Shown here: positions 19,046 through 27,990 of the stretch, in pieces | Position numbering within the stretch: the first letter of the stretch is position 1 | Layout: each line of letters starts with the position of its first letter | DNA from: Hyphomicrobiales bacterium | GTDB taxonomy: Bacteria > Pseudomonadota > Alphaproteobacteria > Rhizobiales > Xanthobacteraceae | NCBI GenBank assembly: GCA_031389105.1 | Contig: JANMSH010000413.1 | Coordinates: 1-56,315, forward strand | Direction: 5' to 3' | DNA length: 56,315 bases | Position numbers and translations under genes: made by a program | Notes under the pieces: model-generated | Told to the model about the DNA's origin: nothing | Seen by the model: the letters and a program-made list of their open reading frames with translations, nothing else | The model's database searches: none

Positions 19046-19381
19046 TCAATCACCCTGCCCCGGATTGGACGAAAACAAAGCCGCTTTGTTCGGCTTGCCT
19101 TCCCACTCTTTCGAGTCCGCGGGCGGCTCACGCTTGACCGTGATATTCGGCCAAAGTGCTGCGTATTTAGCGTTCACCTCTGCCCACTTTTCCAGGTTCG
19201 GCGACGTATCGGGCTTGATCGCTTCCACCGGACACTCGGGCTCGCAGACACCGCAATCGATACACTCATCCGGATGAATGACGAGCATGTTTTCGCCTTC
19301 GTAGAAGCAGTCTACGGGGCACACCTCGACACAATCCATGAGCTTACATTTGATGCAGCTGTCGTCGACGATGTAGGTCAA
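19046..19381 (-). CDS. fdxA: 7Fe-type ferredoxin FdxA
   Basis: '[50 protein letters not shown]' is the classic FdxA sequence. TTG start at 19381. Confidence 0.92.
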   Translation of the reverse strand: MTYIVDDSCIKCKLMDCVEVCPVDCFYEGENMLVIHPDECIDCGVCEPECPVEAIKPDTSPNLEKWAEVNAKYAALWPNITVKREPPADSKEWEGKPNKAALFSSNPGQGD

Positions 19382-19741
19382 AAGAAACGCCCCCGTAAGC
19401 GTAAAATGTCCATGAATCGGCGAAGAAACCTGCGTTCTGGGTCGCCGTTTAAGTCTCAAACCATGCTTCTTTTGCCGCATTTCATTCAGTTATTGAGGCC
19501 GAAAGTCAAGCTTGAATTACCTCCAATTCGATGCTTCATATCCTTGCTCGGTCCCTTCCGCTATAGCCAGAAAACCTCCAATAGTACTGTCGAATGGGAT
19601 CGGAACCACTGGCGACGACTTCCACTTGATGCGCCGCATTCTGCCGCATTAACTCTGATTGGTTCTTCTGCAAGGCAAGAAATGCGGCCGTGCTTTAAGG
19701 TGGTCCGCGACAATAAGTTGTGCCGAAATGGGCGTAAATAG

Positions 19742-20776
19742 ATGACCACGATATTGATCACTGGCGGCGCCGGATTCATCGGCAGCAATTTTGTTCATTA
19801 CATCGCCGCGAAGTATCCGGACTACCGCATCGTCGTTCTTGATGCCCTGACCTATGCGGGCTCGACGGACAACCTGCCGCCGGAAATGCGGCAGATCGAC
19901 AACACGCGCATGCGCTTCTGGTACGGCGATGTCGTCAATGCCGAACTCGTCGATACGCTGGTCGCACAAGCCGACTACGTCGTGCATTTCGCAGCCGAGA
20001 CGCATGTCACCCGGTCGATCTACGACAATCGCCTGTTTTTCCAGACCGACGTGCTTGGCACTCACACCATCGCCAATGCGGTCTTGAAGGCGAACGGACA
20101 GGTCAAGCGCTTCATTCACATTTCGAGCTCCGAGGTCTACGGCACGGCCGAAGCGCCGCTGATGGACGAAGAGCACCCGCTCAAGCCAATGAGCCCCTAT
20201 GCCAGTGCCAAGTGCGGCGCGGATCGGCTGGTCTATTCCTATTGGGCGACCTATCGCATTCCAGCGACCATCATTCGTCCGTTCAATAGCTTCGGACCGC
20301 GTCAACATCTGGAAAAAGTGATCCCGCGCTTCATCACCAGCATGCTGCTCGGCGAGGAACTAACCGTTCACGGAGCGGGCGATGCGGCGCGCGACTTCGT
20401 CTTTGTTGAAGATATCTGCCGCGCCGTCGACGCTGTTCTCCACGCCGATGCCGCGAAAGTCGACGGCGAAGTATTCAACATCGCCACCGGCACACATCGA
20501 ACCGTTTACTCGATCGCCCAGGACATCCTGAAGGTGATGGGTGGCGATAAGAAGTCCATCGTTTTCCGCGGCGACCGCCCAGGACAAGTCATTCGTCACT
20601 CCGGCGACGCCACAAAGATCAATAAGGTGTTTGGCTGGCAACCGGCGATGAATTGGGAAAGCGGACTGAAGGCAACGATTGATTGGTACAAGACCAATCG
20701 CGCCTGGTGGGAAAAGCAGATTTGGATGCGCCAGATCCCCATCGTCTCGGCCGCGGGCCAAAAGGAATATCATTGA
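19742..20776 (+). CDS. rfbB: dTDP-glucose 4,6-dehydratase-like extended SDR (atypical SSE active-site motif)
   Basis: 'TGGAGFIGSNFV', 'LDALTYAG', 'HFAAETHV', 'YASAK', 'GPRQHLEKVIP' and 'DRPG' are RmlB-like, but it has 'SSSEVYG' instead of 'STDEVYG'. Confidence 0.75.
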   Translation: MTTILITGGAGFIGSNFVHYIAAKYPDYRIVVLDALTYAGSTDNLPPEMRQIDNTRMRFWYGDVVNAELVDTLVAQADYVVHFAAETHVTRSIYDNRLFFQTDVLGTHTIANAVLKANGQVKRFIHISSSEVYGTAEAPLMDEEHPLKPMSPYASAKCGADRLVYSYWATYRIPATIIRPFNSFGPRQHLEKVIPRFITSMLLGEELTVHGAGDAARDFVFVEDICRAVDAVLHADAAKVDGEVFNIATGTHRTVYSIAQDILKVMGGDKKSIVFRGDRPGQVIRHSGDATKINKVFGWQPAMNWESGLKATIDWYKTNRAWWEKQIWMRQIPIVSAAGQKEYH

Positions 20777-20798
20777 CGCCTTGCCTCGGAGGCAGCCG

Positions 20799-21488
20799 AT
20801 GACGACGTTGGTCGTCTTACAGCCGAGCTATCTCCCTTGGCTCGGGTTTTTCGATCAGGTTCGTCGCTGCGACCATTTTGTTTTCTACGATGATGTTTCC
20901 TACGACAAGAATGGCTGGCGTAATCGCAATCGCATAAAAGCCGCCTCCGGCCCGGTCTGGCTCACGGTGCCGGTGCGTACCAAAGGCCGTATGAGCCAGG
21001 CCATCCACGATGTCGAAATCACCAACACTATTCCGTGGGCGCGCAAGCACCTCAAGACGATCGCCGAGGCCTATGCGGCGTCCCAGCATCGGGACGCCTA
21101 TCTGCCGGCACTCACAGAACTCCTTGAGCGGCCCTGGGACCGGCTGGCCGACCTCGACATTGCAGCAAGCAAGCTGATGTGCGGCTGGTTCGGCCTGGAG
21201 CGGCCGATGCATCGGTCGTCGGAATTGGGCATCGGCGGCGACCGCAATGCGAGGCTGCTGGCCCTGTGCCAATATTTCGGCGCCACGACCTATTTTTCGG
21301 GCAATGCCGCACAGTCCTACCTCGACGTCGGCCTGTTCACTGAGCATGGCATCCAGGTCGAATGGCAGGATTTCCAGCACCCCGAATACCCCCAACTGCA
21401 TGGCCCATTTCTCCCCTTGATGTCCGCGCTTGACCTCGTCCTAAACGTCGGGGAGGAATGCTCCGCCATCCTGGCCCAACCCGCTTAG
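20799..21488 (+). CDS. WbqC-like family protein
   Basis: 'LQPSYLPWLGFF', 'FYDDVSYDKNGWRNRNRI', 'WLTVPV', 'YPQLHGPF..MSALDL'. ATG at 20799 with GGAGG RBS. Confidence 0.9.
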   Translation: MTTLVVLQPSYLPWLGFFDQVRRCDHFVFYDDVSYDKNGWRNRNRIKAASGPVWLTVPVRTKGRMSQAIHDVEITNTIPWARKHLKTIAEAYAASQHRDAYLPALTELLERPWDRLADLDIAASKLMCGWFGLERPMHRSSELGIGGDRNARLLALCQYFGATTYFSGNAAQSYLDVGLFTEHGIQVEWQDFQHPEYPQLHGPFLPLMSALDLVLNVGEECSAILAQPA

Positions 21489-21533
21489 ACGCCCCCTGCC
21501 CGGCCGGGCTCCAATCTCAAGAGGATTAGCGGT

Positions 21534-23393
21534 TTGTGTGGAATTTGCGGATTTGTCGGCCCGGGCGGGATCGAGCGGTTGGCGCCCATGGTCCAAACGC
21601 TGGTTCACCGCGGCCCCGACGAGGACGGGCTCTGGGCTGAAAACGGTGTGGCGCTCGGCATGCGCCGCCTGTCGATTATCGACGTGGCGACCGGCCACCA
21701 GCCGATGTTCAACGAAGACAACTCGGTTTCCGTCGTCTTCAACGGCGAGATTTATAATTATCTTGAGTTGCGCGCCGAACTGGTCGCAGCCGGACATCGC
21801 TTCCGCACTGACCATTCCGATACCGAAGTCATCGTACATCTGTACGAACAATACGGCGATGCGTTCTTGGAACGGCTCAACGGCATGTTTGCCATCGCGC
21901 TGTGGGATGCGCCGCGCCGCCGCCTGCTGCTTGCGCGCGATCGCGCCGGCATCAAGCCGCTTTACTTTGCGCCATTGGGGAGTGGAATCGCGTTCGGGTC
22001 TGAGCCAAAGGCTCTGTTGGTTCATCCCGGGATCAGCCGCGAACCGGACCCAGTCGCAATCCATCATTATTTCACGCTGAAGAACATTCCGGCGCCGCGC
22101 AGCGCGTTCAAGGCGATCTGCCAATTGCGCGCCGGCGAACTGCTGGTCCACCAGGACGGCAAGTTCGAAACACGCCGCTGGTGGCGAGTCAAATTCCGCG
22201 AAGATGAAACGATCAGCGAGCGCGATGCCGCTGCGCAGATCCGGTCTTTGCTTGAAGACTCCGTGCGCCTCCAGATGCGCTCCGACGTTCCGGTTGGCGC
22301 CTATCTCTCGGGCGGCGTAGACTCATCAAGCGTTGTTGCTCTGATGAGCGGGCTGGGCGCGCGCAACGTAAAGACCTTCACCCTGGTCTATGACGACAAG
22401 CTGCCGAACAAAGACAACGACCGCATTTTTGCGCGTCAGGTTTCGTCGATGTACGAAACCGAACATCACGAGCAGCTCGTCCGCTTTGAAGACGTGCCGG
22501 AAAATCTCGATGCTATTCTGGGCGCGTTCGACGAACCCTTCTCCGGCGTGATCTCGACCTTCTTCCTGACTGGGCTGATCTCGAAACACGTGAAGGTCGC
22601 CCTGTCCGGCGACGGCGCCGACGAATTGTTCGGCAGCTACCTGTCTCACCGCATGGCACAGCCGCTTGAGGCCGCCCTCAAGAACCCGGCGCTGCTGGAT
22701 CAGCCGGGACCAACCGGTCCGCTTGTCGGATATGAAGGCGAATGGCCGAGCCTGCGCCGCCTCATTGCACGCGGTGATGAAGCGGCGCGCCGCATGGGCC
22801 TGTTCTTTGCCGATGACGCCGCCAAGCGTTCGCTCTACACACCTGCCATGCTCGCGGCGATCGGCGACAACAGTACCGAAGCCGACCTACGGACGCTTTA
22901 TGGCGAGTGCCAAAGCGCCGACCCGCTCAATCGCGCACTGTTCACTGATTTCGAGACCCTCCTGCCCGATCAGGTTCTTCCCTTTGTCGACCGGCTGTCC
23001 ATGGCGCATTCAGTGGAAGTCCGGCCACCATTTCTCGATCACCGGCTGATCGAATATGTTGCGACTCTCCCCGGCCGCATGAAGATCAAGCAAGGGCGCG
23101 TCAAAAGCATTCTGAAAGATGCTGTTGCTGATCTCCTTCCCCCCGGCCTCGTTGACCGGCCGAAGGAAGGCTTTGTCATGCCGATCAACGAGTGGCTGCT
23201 GGAATCGCTGAAAGGCTATGTAAAGGATGCCTTGTCGCCTGCGCGGCTGACGCGGCACGGTATGCTGGATCCCCAGGCGGTCGCCCACCTATTGACCCGA
23301 TATTATGGCGGCGAAACCGGCCTCGCCGGTCGCATCTGGAATCTGGTGAGCTTTCAGATGTGGTGGGAGCGCTACATCGGAAACGCGCGATGA
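21534..23393 (+). CDS. asnB: Asparagine synthase (glutamine-hydrolysing)-type amidotransferase (WbpS-like)
   Basis: N-terminal MCGICG, 'HRGPD', 'RRLSIID', 'FNGEIYNY', 'LSGGVDSS', 'LSGDGADELF', 'EVRPPFLD'. Confidence 0.93.
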   Translation: MCGICGFVGPGGIERLAPMVQTLVHRGPDEDGLWAENGVALGMRRLSIIDVATGHQPMFNEDNSVSVVFNGEIYNYLELRAELVAAGHRFRTDHSDTEVIVHLYEQYGDAFLERLNGMFAIALWDAPRRRLLLARDRAGIKPLYFAPLGSGIAFGSEPKALLVHPGISREPDPVAIHHYFTLKNIPAPRSAFKAICQLRAGELLVHQDGKFETRRWWRVKFREDETISERDAAAQIRSLLEDSVRLQMRSDVPVGAYLSGGVDSSSVVALMSGLGARNVKTFTLVYDDKLPNKDNDRIFARQVSSMYETEHHEQLVRFEDVPENLDAILGAFDEPFSGVISTFFLTGLISKHVKVALSGDGADELFGSYLSHRMAQPLEAALKNPALLDQPGPTGPLVGYEGEWPSLRRLIARGDEAARRMGLFFADDAAKRSLYTPAMLAAIGDNSTEADLRTLYGECQSADPLNRALFTDFETLLPDQVLPFVDRLSMAHSVEVRPPFLDHRLIEYVATLPGRMKIKQGRVKSILKDAVADLLPPGLVDRPKEGFVMPINEWLLESLKGYVKDALSPARLTRHGMLDPQAVAHLLTRYYGGETGLAGRIWNLVSFQMWWERYIGNAR

Positions 23394-24220
23394 CCACGCC
23401 ACGCATCGTCCTGTTTGCCTTGACGGGATTCGGCAACGCAGTTTTGCCGGCGCTATGCGCGGAAGGGCTGAAACCGGAACTTCTGGTCACGCGCGCCGAG
23501 ACGGGCCCGTACCCCTATTACGACGAAAAGTCTTTGACCGACGTGGCCGATCGCCTGCATGTTCCATATCTGTTTGGGGCAGAAGGCGAGCAGAAAGTTG
23601 TCGCCGACCTACCCGACATAGTGCTCTGCGCGACCTATCACCGGATGCTGCGCGCGCCCATCCTGCAAGGCGTCCGCTGGCCAATCAATCTGCACCCATC
23701 GTTGCTGCCGCGCTATCGCGGCCCCAATCCGTTCTATTGGGTGATCCGCAATCGGGAAAAGCAGACGGGCGTCACGGCTCACATGATGACAGATACGGCG
23801 GACGCCGGCCCCATCCTGCGGCGTGAATCAATCGACATGTCAGAAACGGAAACGCAGGGCAGCTTGCGGCATCGCCTGGCTGCGTTGGCAGCCAAAGTGG
23901 CCGTCCACACCGTGCGCGACCTGCAGAGCGGCGCGGCTACTCCTACCCTACAAAACGAAGCCGATACGACTGCGTTCGGCCGGCCGGGCGCCGCGGATCG
24001 TACCTTGGACAGCACATGGGGCGTTGACGAAGCGGAACGCGCCATACGCGCTTTGTCGCCGTTCCCCGGCCTGATCACCGATGCTGGCATCGTGACGAAC
24101 GTCGTGCGGCGGGAGCAGGCATCGGAAGCGCCATTCGGCGTGGCGCTATTAGCAGGTGGCCTTTGCCGGCTGCGGCTTCTTGACGGCGATCTCATCGGCC
24201 ACCTGCGTCCGACAAATTAG
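23390..24220 (+). CDS. Formyltransferase (Fmt/ArnA N-terminal family), likely NDP-amino-sugar N-formyltransferase
   Basis: 'INLHPSLLPRYRGPNP', 'TGVTAH', 'DAGPIL'. ATGA overlap with the asnB stop. Confidence 0.85.
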   Translation: MTTPRIVLFALTGFGNAVLPALCAEGLKPELLVTRAETGPYPYYDEKSLTDVADRLHVPYLFGAEGEQKVVADLPDIVLCATYHRMLRAPILQGVRWPINLHPSLLPRYRGPNPFYWVIRNREKQTGVTAHMMTDTADAGPILRRESIDMSETETQGSLRHRLAALAAKVAVHTVRDLQSGAATPTLQNEADTTAFGRPGAADRTLDSTWGVDEAERAIRALSPFPGLITDAGIVTNVVRREQASEAPFGVALLAGGLCRLRLLDGDLIGHLRPTN

Positions 24221-24293
24221 CTACAGGCTTCCCTTGACAAGCTATTGATATAACTGCGTATTACGGCTCGTTTCCAGTTCGCAGCAAACCGGA

Positions 24294-26369
24294 GTGCCAG
24301 TGCCTAGTCTGCTCAAACTCTCGCGGGGCACCTTGCCGTTCCTAATGGCGGCGGCTGTCCTGGCCATCTTCCTGATCGTGTTTTTGGTCGCTCCAATCTC
24401 GGCTCCGGGTTCCCGGACACTGATGACGGCCGAATTCATTCGTCAGTATCAGCTAGAAAGCAGCTATGATCAGCGTGTCGCGTTTCTCGCCTCGGTCATC
24501 GCCATTGCGATCCTGTCGGCGGCAGCCTTTGTCATCAATCAGCGCCAGTTGCTGAAAGTTGCCGGCGGATACGCAGTTCCGACGATCAATATTTGGCTTT
24601 CTCTACTGGTGACGGTTCTTGGCCTCGCACTTTACGCCAAGCTGATCCAATCGTGGATCGTCATCGGCGCTATCATCCTCGCCATATGCTTTGTCATGTT
24701 CGTGCTCTTCGCGCCCTATATCCGTCGGCGCACGATCGAGCTTGCCGCATTGCTGATGATCGGCGCCTATTTGGCGGTCGTCATCATTCCCGGCTTTATA
24801 GTCTGGCCCATATTCTGGCCCGTTGCCGACGCCAATTCGATTGCGCAGATCGAGCTTCACATCAACAGCTTGGTGCAGCCTGGGTCGAATATCGCGGCTG
24901 GGCAGAATTTCTTCAGCGACATTCCCTTTGGCTACGGCATCCTGATGCCATCGATTATGAGCGTGATCGAACACCGCTTCGGTGCCATGAGCGCCGGCGA
25001 TCACGCGGCCTTTGTTCAGTATTGCCAAGTGGCGTTCGTTGTCATCGGCACTATCGGCTACTTCTGTTTTCGGCCACGCAACTATGTCGGTATTCTTGTA
25101 GCGCTTCTGTTAGCGGCGCCCTATTGGGCGACGACAGGTCTAGGCATCTGGCACCCGAATCAAACAGGCTTCCGCTCTCTGACGCTACCGTTTGGTATTC
25201 TTGCGATAGCGCTTGCTGGCCGTTTGCGCCCGAACACAGCCGCCGTGTGTTTCGGTTCCGTCGCAATGATCTGCCTTTTGACCAACATCGAGACGACCAT
25301 CGCCGTCGGCGGCGGCATGCTGGTCTATCTCACATTGCGAATGCGAAAAATTCCGCTGGTTCCGATCCTACTGATGGCGGCCAGTGCTATAACCACGTTT
25401 ATCTTATACTTGGTTCTCTACAGGATCGCCTTAGGTCGCCTCCCTTTCGCCACCGATATCCAGACGCTCCTGACCACATTGCTCGTCCATGTCAGCGGCG
25501 ACGTCGGCATGCGGCTGTTCACGTCAGGGTACTGGCGCGAAGGCTATTACCTTGTCCCGCTCGCCTTCGTGATGTTTGTGCACGCCGCCTTCATTGTGAT
25601 TGCATCATTTCAAAAACTCGGCGAGCGCGCGCTGTCGCACCGCCAGGCGTTACGTGCCGCAATCGCGACCATTCTCATCGCCTGGTTTGCCTATTACATC
25701 AATTTTCCGAACTGGTGGCAGATATGGACCCATCTCTTCCTTTATGGCTTCTTGATCATCGACCTGTTTGATCTGCGGCTCTTCTCGGTGGGCACCGCGC
25801 TGCGCCGGACGGCCATCGACTTCAACCTGAGGCGGCGACTGCGCATACGCGTAACGCACGTGCTCCCGCTCTTGTTACTCTCCGTCGCAATATTCCACAC
25901 AAACTCGAACCTCGCCTTTTTCACACGAGACTTCCTGTCGCCGCCATGGACGAGAGGCAATCACGAAGCCGGCGTCGTTTCTCAAATGCAGTTGCCACGC
26001 GCAGCCGCAGACGCGCTCCTCGAAAAATCAAAGTTTCTGCAGGAGTTGAATGCTAAAGATCCCGGCAAAGTGGTCTATCTGACCTACAATGTTGAATTCG
26101 TCCCGATGCTGACCCGCATATTCCAGCCGACGCCAGCGCGAAGCCTTTGGGGCTTTATTCACACCGACGCGGCTCTCGACCCGGCCATCGCCAAAATCTT
26201 CGAGAGCCGGCCCGTGTCGATCCTTATCGACGCGCCGACCGGGCCGCTGGCAATGCCGGACGGTGCGCGCAAGGACTTTCAGGATCGCGTGCGGAAGTCA
26301 GTCAGTCGCGCTTACCACCTCGCCGAGACGACCGCGGGCTGGCAAATTTGGCGACCGACCAGCCCGTAA
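24294..26369 (+). CDS. Polytopic membrane protein, possible GT-C-type (lipid-phosphate-sugar-dependent) transferase
   Basis: About 13-15 hydrophobic segments, a loop 'NIAAGQNFFSDIPFGYG', and a soluble C-terminal tail. The function is inferred from architecture and context. Confidence 0.65.
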   Translation: MPVPSLLKLSRGTLPFLMAAAVLAIFLIVFLVAPISAPGSRTLMTAEFIRQYQLESSYDQRVAFLASVIAIAILSAAAFVINQRQLLKVAGGYAVPTINIWLSLLVTVLGLALYAKLIQSWIVIGAIILAICFVMFVLFAPYIRRRTIELAALLMIGAYLAVVIIPGFIVWPIFWPVADANSIAQIELHINSLVQPGSNIAAGQNFFSDIPFGYGILMPSIMSVIEHRFGAMSAGDHAAFVQYCQVAFVVIGTIGYFCFRPRNYVGILVALLLAAPYWATTGLGIWHPNQTGFRSLTLPFGILAIALAGRLRPNTAAVCFGSVAMICLLTNIETTIAVGGGMLVYLTLRMRKIPLVPILLMAASAITTFILYLVLYRIALGRLPFATDIQTLLTTLLVHVSGDVGMRLFTSGYWREGYYLVPLAFVMFVHAAFIVIASFQKLGERALSHRQALRAAIATILIAWFAYYINFPNWWQIWTHLFLYGFLIIDLFDLRLFSVGTALRRTAIDFNLRRRLRIRVTHVLPLLLLSVAIFHTNSNLAFFTRDFLSPPWTRGNHEAGVVSQMQLPRAAADALLEKSKFLQELNAKDPGKVVYLTYNVEFVPMLTRIFQPTPARSLWGFIHTDAALDPAIAKIFESRPVSILIDAPTGPLAMPDGARKDFQDRVRKSVSRAYHLAETTAGWQIWRPTSP

Positions 26370-26443
26370 ATGACCCAGACCGCCCGCCGGCTGCAACTTG
26401 GAACGGATCTATGCGCTCACCGGCAGATAGGGATGAAGCGCCC

Positions 26444-27076
26444 ATGAGCGAACGCCGTGGTCTTTGGAGCCCTTTGGCAAACCCTTGGGTATATGAGGCG
26501 TTTCATCACATCATCGGCGCGCGGCGCTGGCTTCGTCGCTTCGCACAAGATGTAATTCGGGCTCAGCCAGGTGCCCTCGTTCTCGATATCGGGTGCGGGC
26601 CCGCAGCCTTGTTGCGCTATTTGCCGGGCGTTTCCTATATCGGCCTGGACCGCAACAAAGCGTACATAGAACGAGCGATTGCCGAATATGGTGCACGCGG
26701 CACGTTTATCTGTGGCGATGTTGCTGATTTCGATTCGTTTGCTCTGCCACGAGTCGATATAGCAGTCGCGACCGGCATGCTACATCATCTTGACGACGCG
26801 CTCGCGACCGACATTTTGCGCGCGGCCTACATGACGCTCAAGCCAGGCGGACGATTGATCACTGCGGATCCCTGCTTTCACCCCGATCAAAGCTTTCTCC
26901 AACGCTTCGTGGTGAGCCGCGATCGCGGCATGCATGTCAGACCCTTTGAGGAATATGTCGCCCTGTGCAGGTGCTCGTTTCCGGAGATCGTGGCCACGTA
27001 CTCTCGCGGATATTCACCGCTCCCCTACTCGATATGCACCATTCAGGCTGAACGACCGCTTAGCGAAATTCTTTAA
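26444..27076 (+). CDS. Class I SAM-dependent methyltransferase
   Basis: 'VLDIGCGP', 'YIGLD', 'GMLHHL', 'LKPGGRL'. Start taken at ATG 26444 (alternative 26411). Confidence 0.88.
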   Translation: MSERRGLWSPLANPWVYEAFHHIIGARRWLRRFAQDVIRAQPGALVLDIGCGPAALLRYLPGVSYIGLDRNKAYIERAIAEYGARGTFICGDVADFDSFALPRVDIAVATGMLHHLDDALATDILRAAYMTLKPGGRLITADPCFHPDQSFLQRFVVSRDRGMHVRPFEEYVALCRCSFPEIVATYSRGYSPLPYSICTIQAERPLSEIL

Positions 27077-27947
27077 ATAACGGCGCAGTCAGTTCTATAA
27101 CCTTCTCGTCGAGATTGAACGGCTGCCACACCCGGAAAATGCGGCGGCTGCTTTCCTGCCGGTTCTTTCCGCGCTGACACCAGCCCCAGCTCAGCCAGGC
27201 GCGCAGGATGTCGCGAATCGATTTCCGTATTGACGAAAGCTTCGTGCCCTTCGCTTCCCCAGCAGTGCGCGGAATAAACGGAATCGGCACCTCGAGGTAA
27301 GTCGTGCCGCGCTCGTAGGTTCGCAGCAGGCATTCCGGATTGATAAATGAACTGTCGCCCGACAATACGACCGATTGCAGCAACTTGGTCGGATAAAAAG
27401 TGACGTTCTGGAAGTCGTGGAACGGCGCACCGAACAGGATGCGAAGGATGTAATAATTCCCCAGAGAAACGATTGCCTTGCGGAAATTGTCGGAGCGCGT
27501 ACGCACGCGATAGATGGAGCGCAAGACCGGAATATAGCTCAGAAGCCGGATCGGCAACGGCCGGACACCTTGAACCACGTTAAAGTGGTTCATGAGTTCC
27601 AGAAAGATTCGGAGATTGCGGATGTCGTAGGCCCAGTCGACGGTCTGCCAGAATACGACTTCCTTGGTCGCAGCCGTAATTGCCCGGCGCGACGATTGGC
27701 CGATGTTCAGATTGACTTCATTGGTGATGACCCTCAGCCGCGGCTCCTTCGCCGCATAGGCCTTTAGGATTTCCGGCGTCCGGTCCGTGCTGCCATCGTC
27801 GACAAAAACGATCTCGAAGTCATCCACGCATACGGAGAGCAAAGCAAAGGCGCGATCGAGAAATTCTTCTAAAAGAATTTCTTCGTTCAGCCCCCAGGCG
27901 ATCAGAGAAACACTGCGGTTGAATTTTTGCGGCAGCGCGGATGTCAA
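27060..27947 (-). CDS. GT2 family glycosyltransferase (DPM1/ArnC-like polyprenol-phosphate type)
   Basis: 'NEE', 'EIVFVDDGSTDRT', 'QTVDWAY', 'DFQN', 'EVPIPFIPRTAGEAK'. Confidence 0.88.
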   Translation of the reverse strand: MTSALPQKFNRSVSLIAWGLNEEILLEEFLDRAFALLSVCVDDFEIVFVDDGSTDRTPEILKAYAAKEPRLRVITNEVNLNIGQSSRRAITAATKEVVFWQTVDWAYDIRNLRIFLELMNHFNVVQGVRPLPIRLLSYIPVLRSIYRVRTRSDNFRKAIVSLGNYYILRILFGAPFHDFQNVTFYPTKLLQSVVLSGDSSFINPECLLRTYERGTTYLEVPIPFIPRTAGEAKGTKLSSIRKSIRDILRAWLSWGWCQRGKNRQESSRRIFRVWQPFNLDEKVIELTAPLFKEFR

Positions 27948-27990
27948 TTTCTAGAACCTAACCATATTGCAGCGACATCTGCCTGCAGGC

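Noticed and set aside
27060-27076. 3' overlaps of convergent genes (27060-27076 and 42628-42638)
   Set aside because: Short tail-to-tail overlaps are common, and there is no sign of truncation or frameshift.
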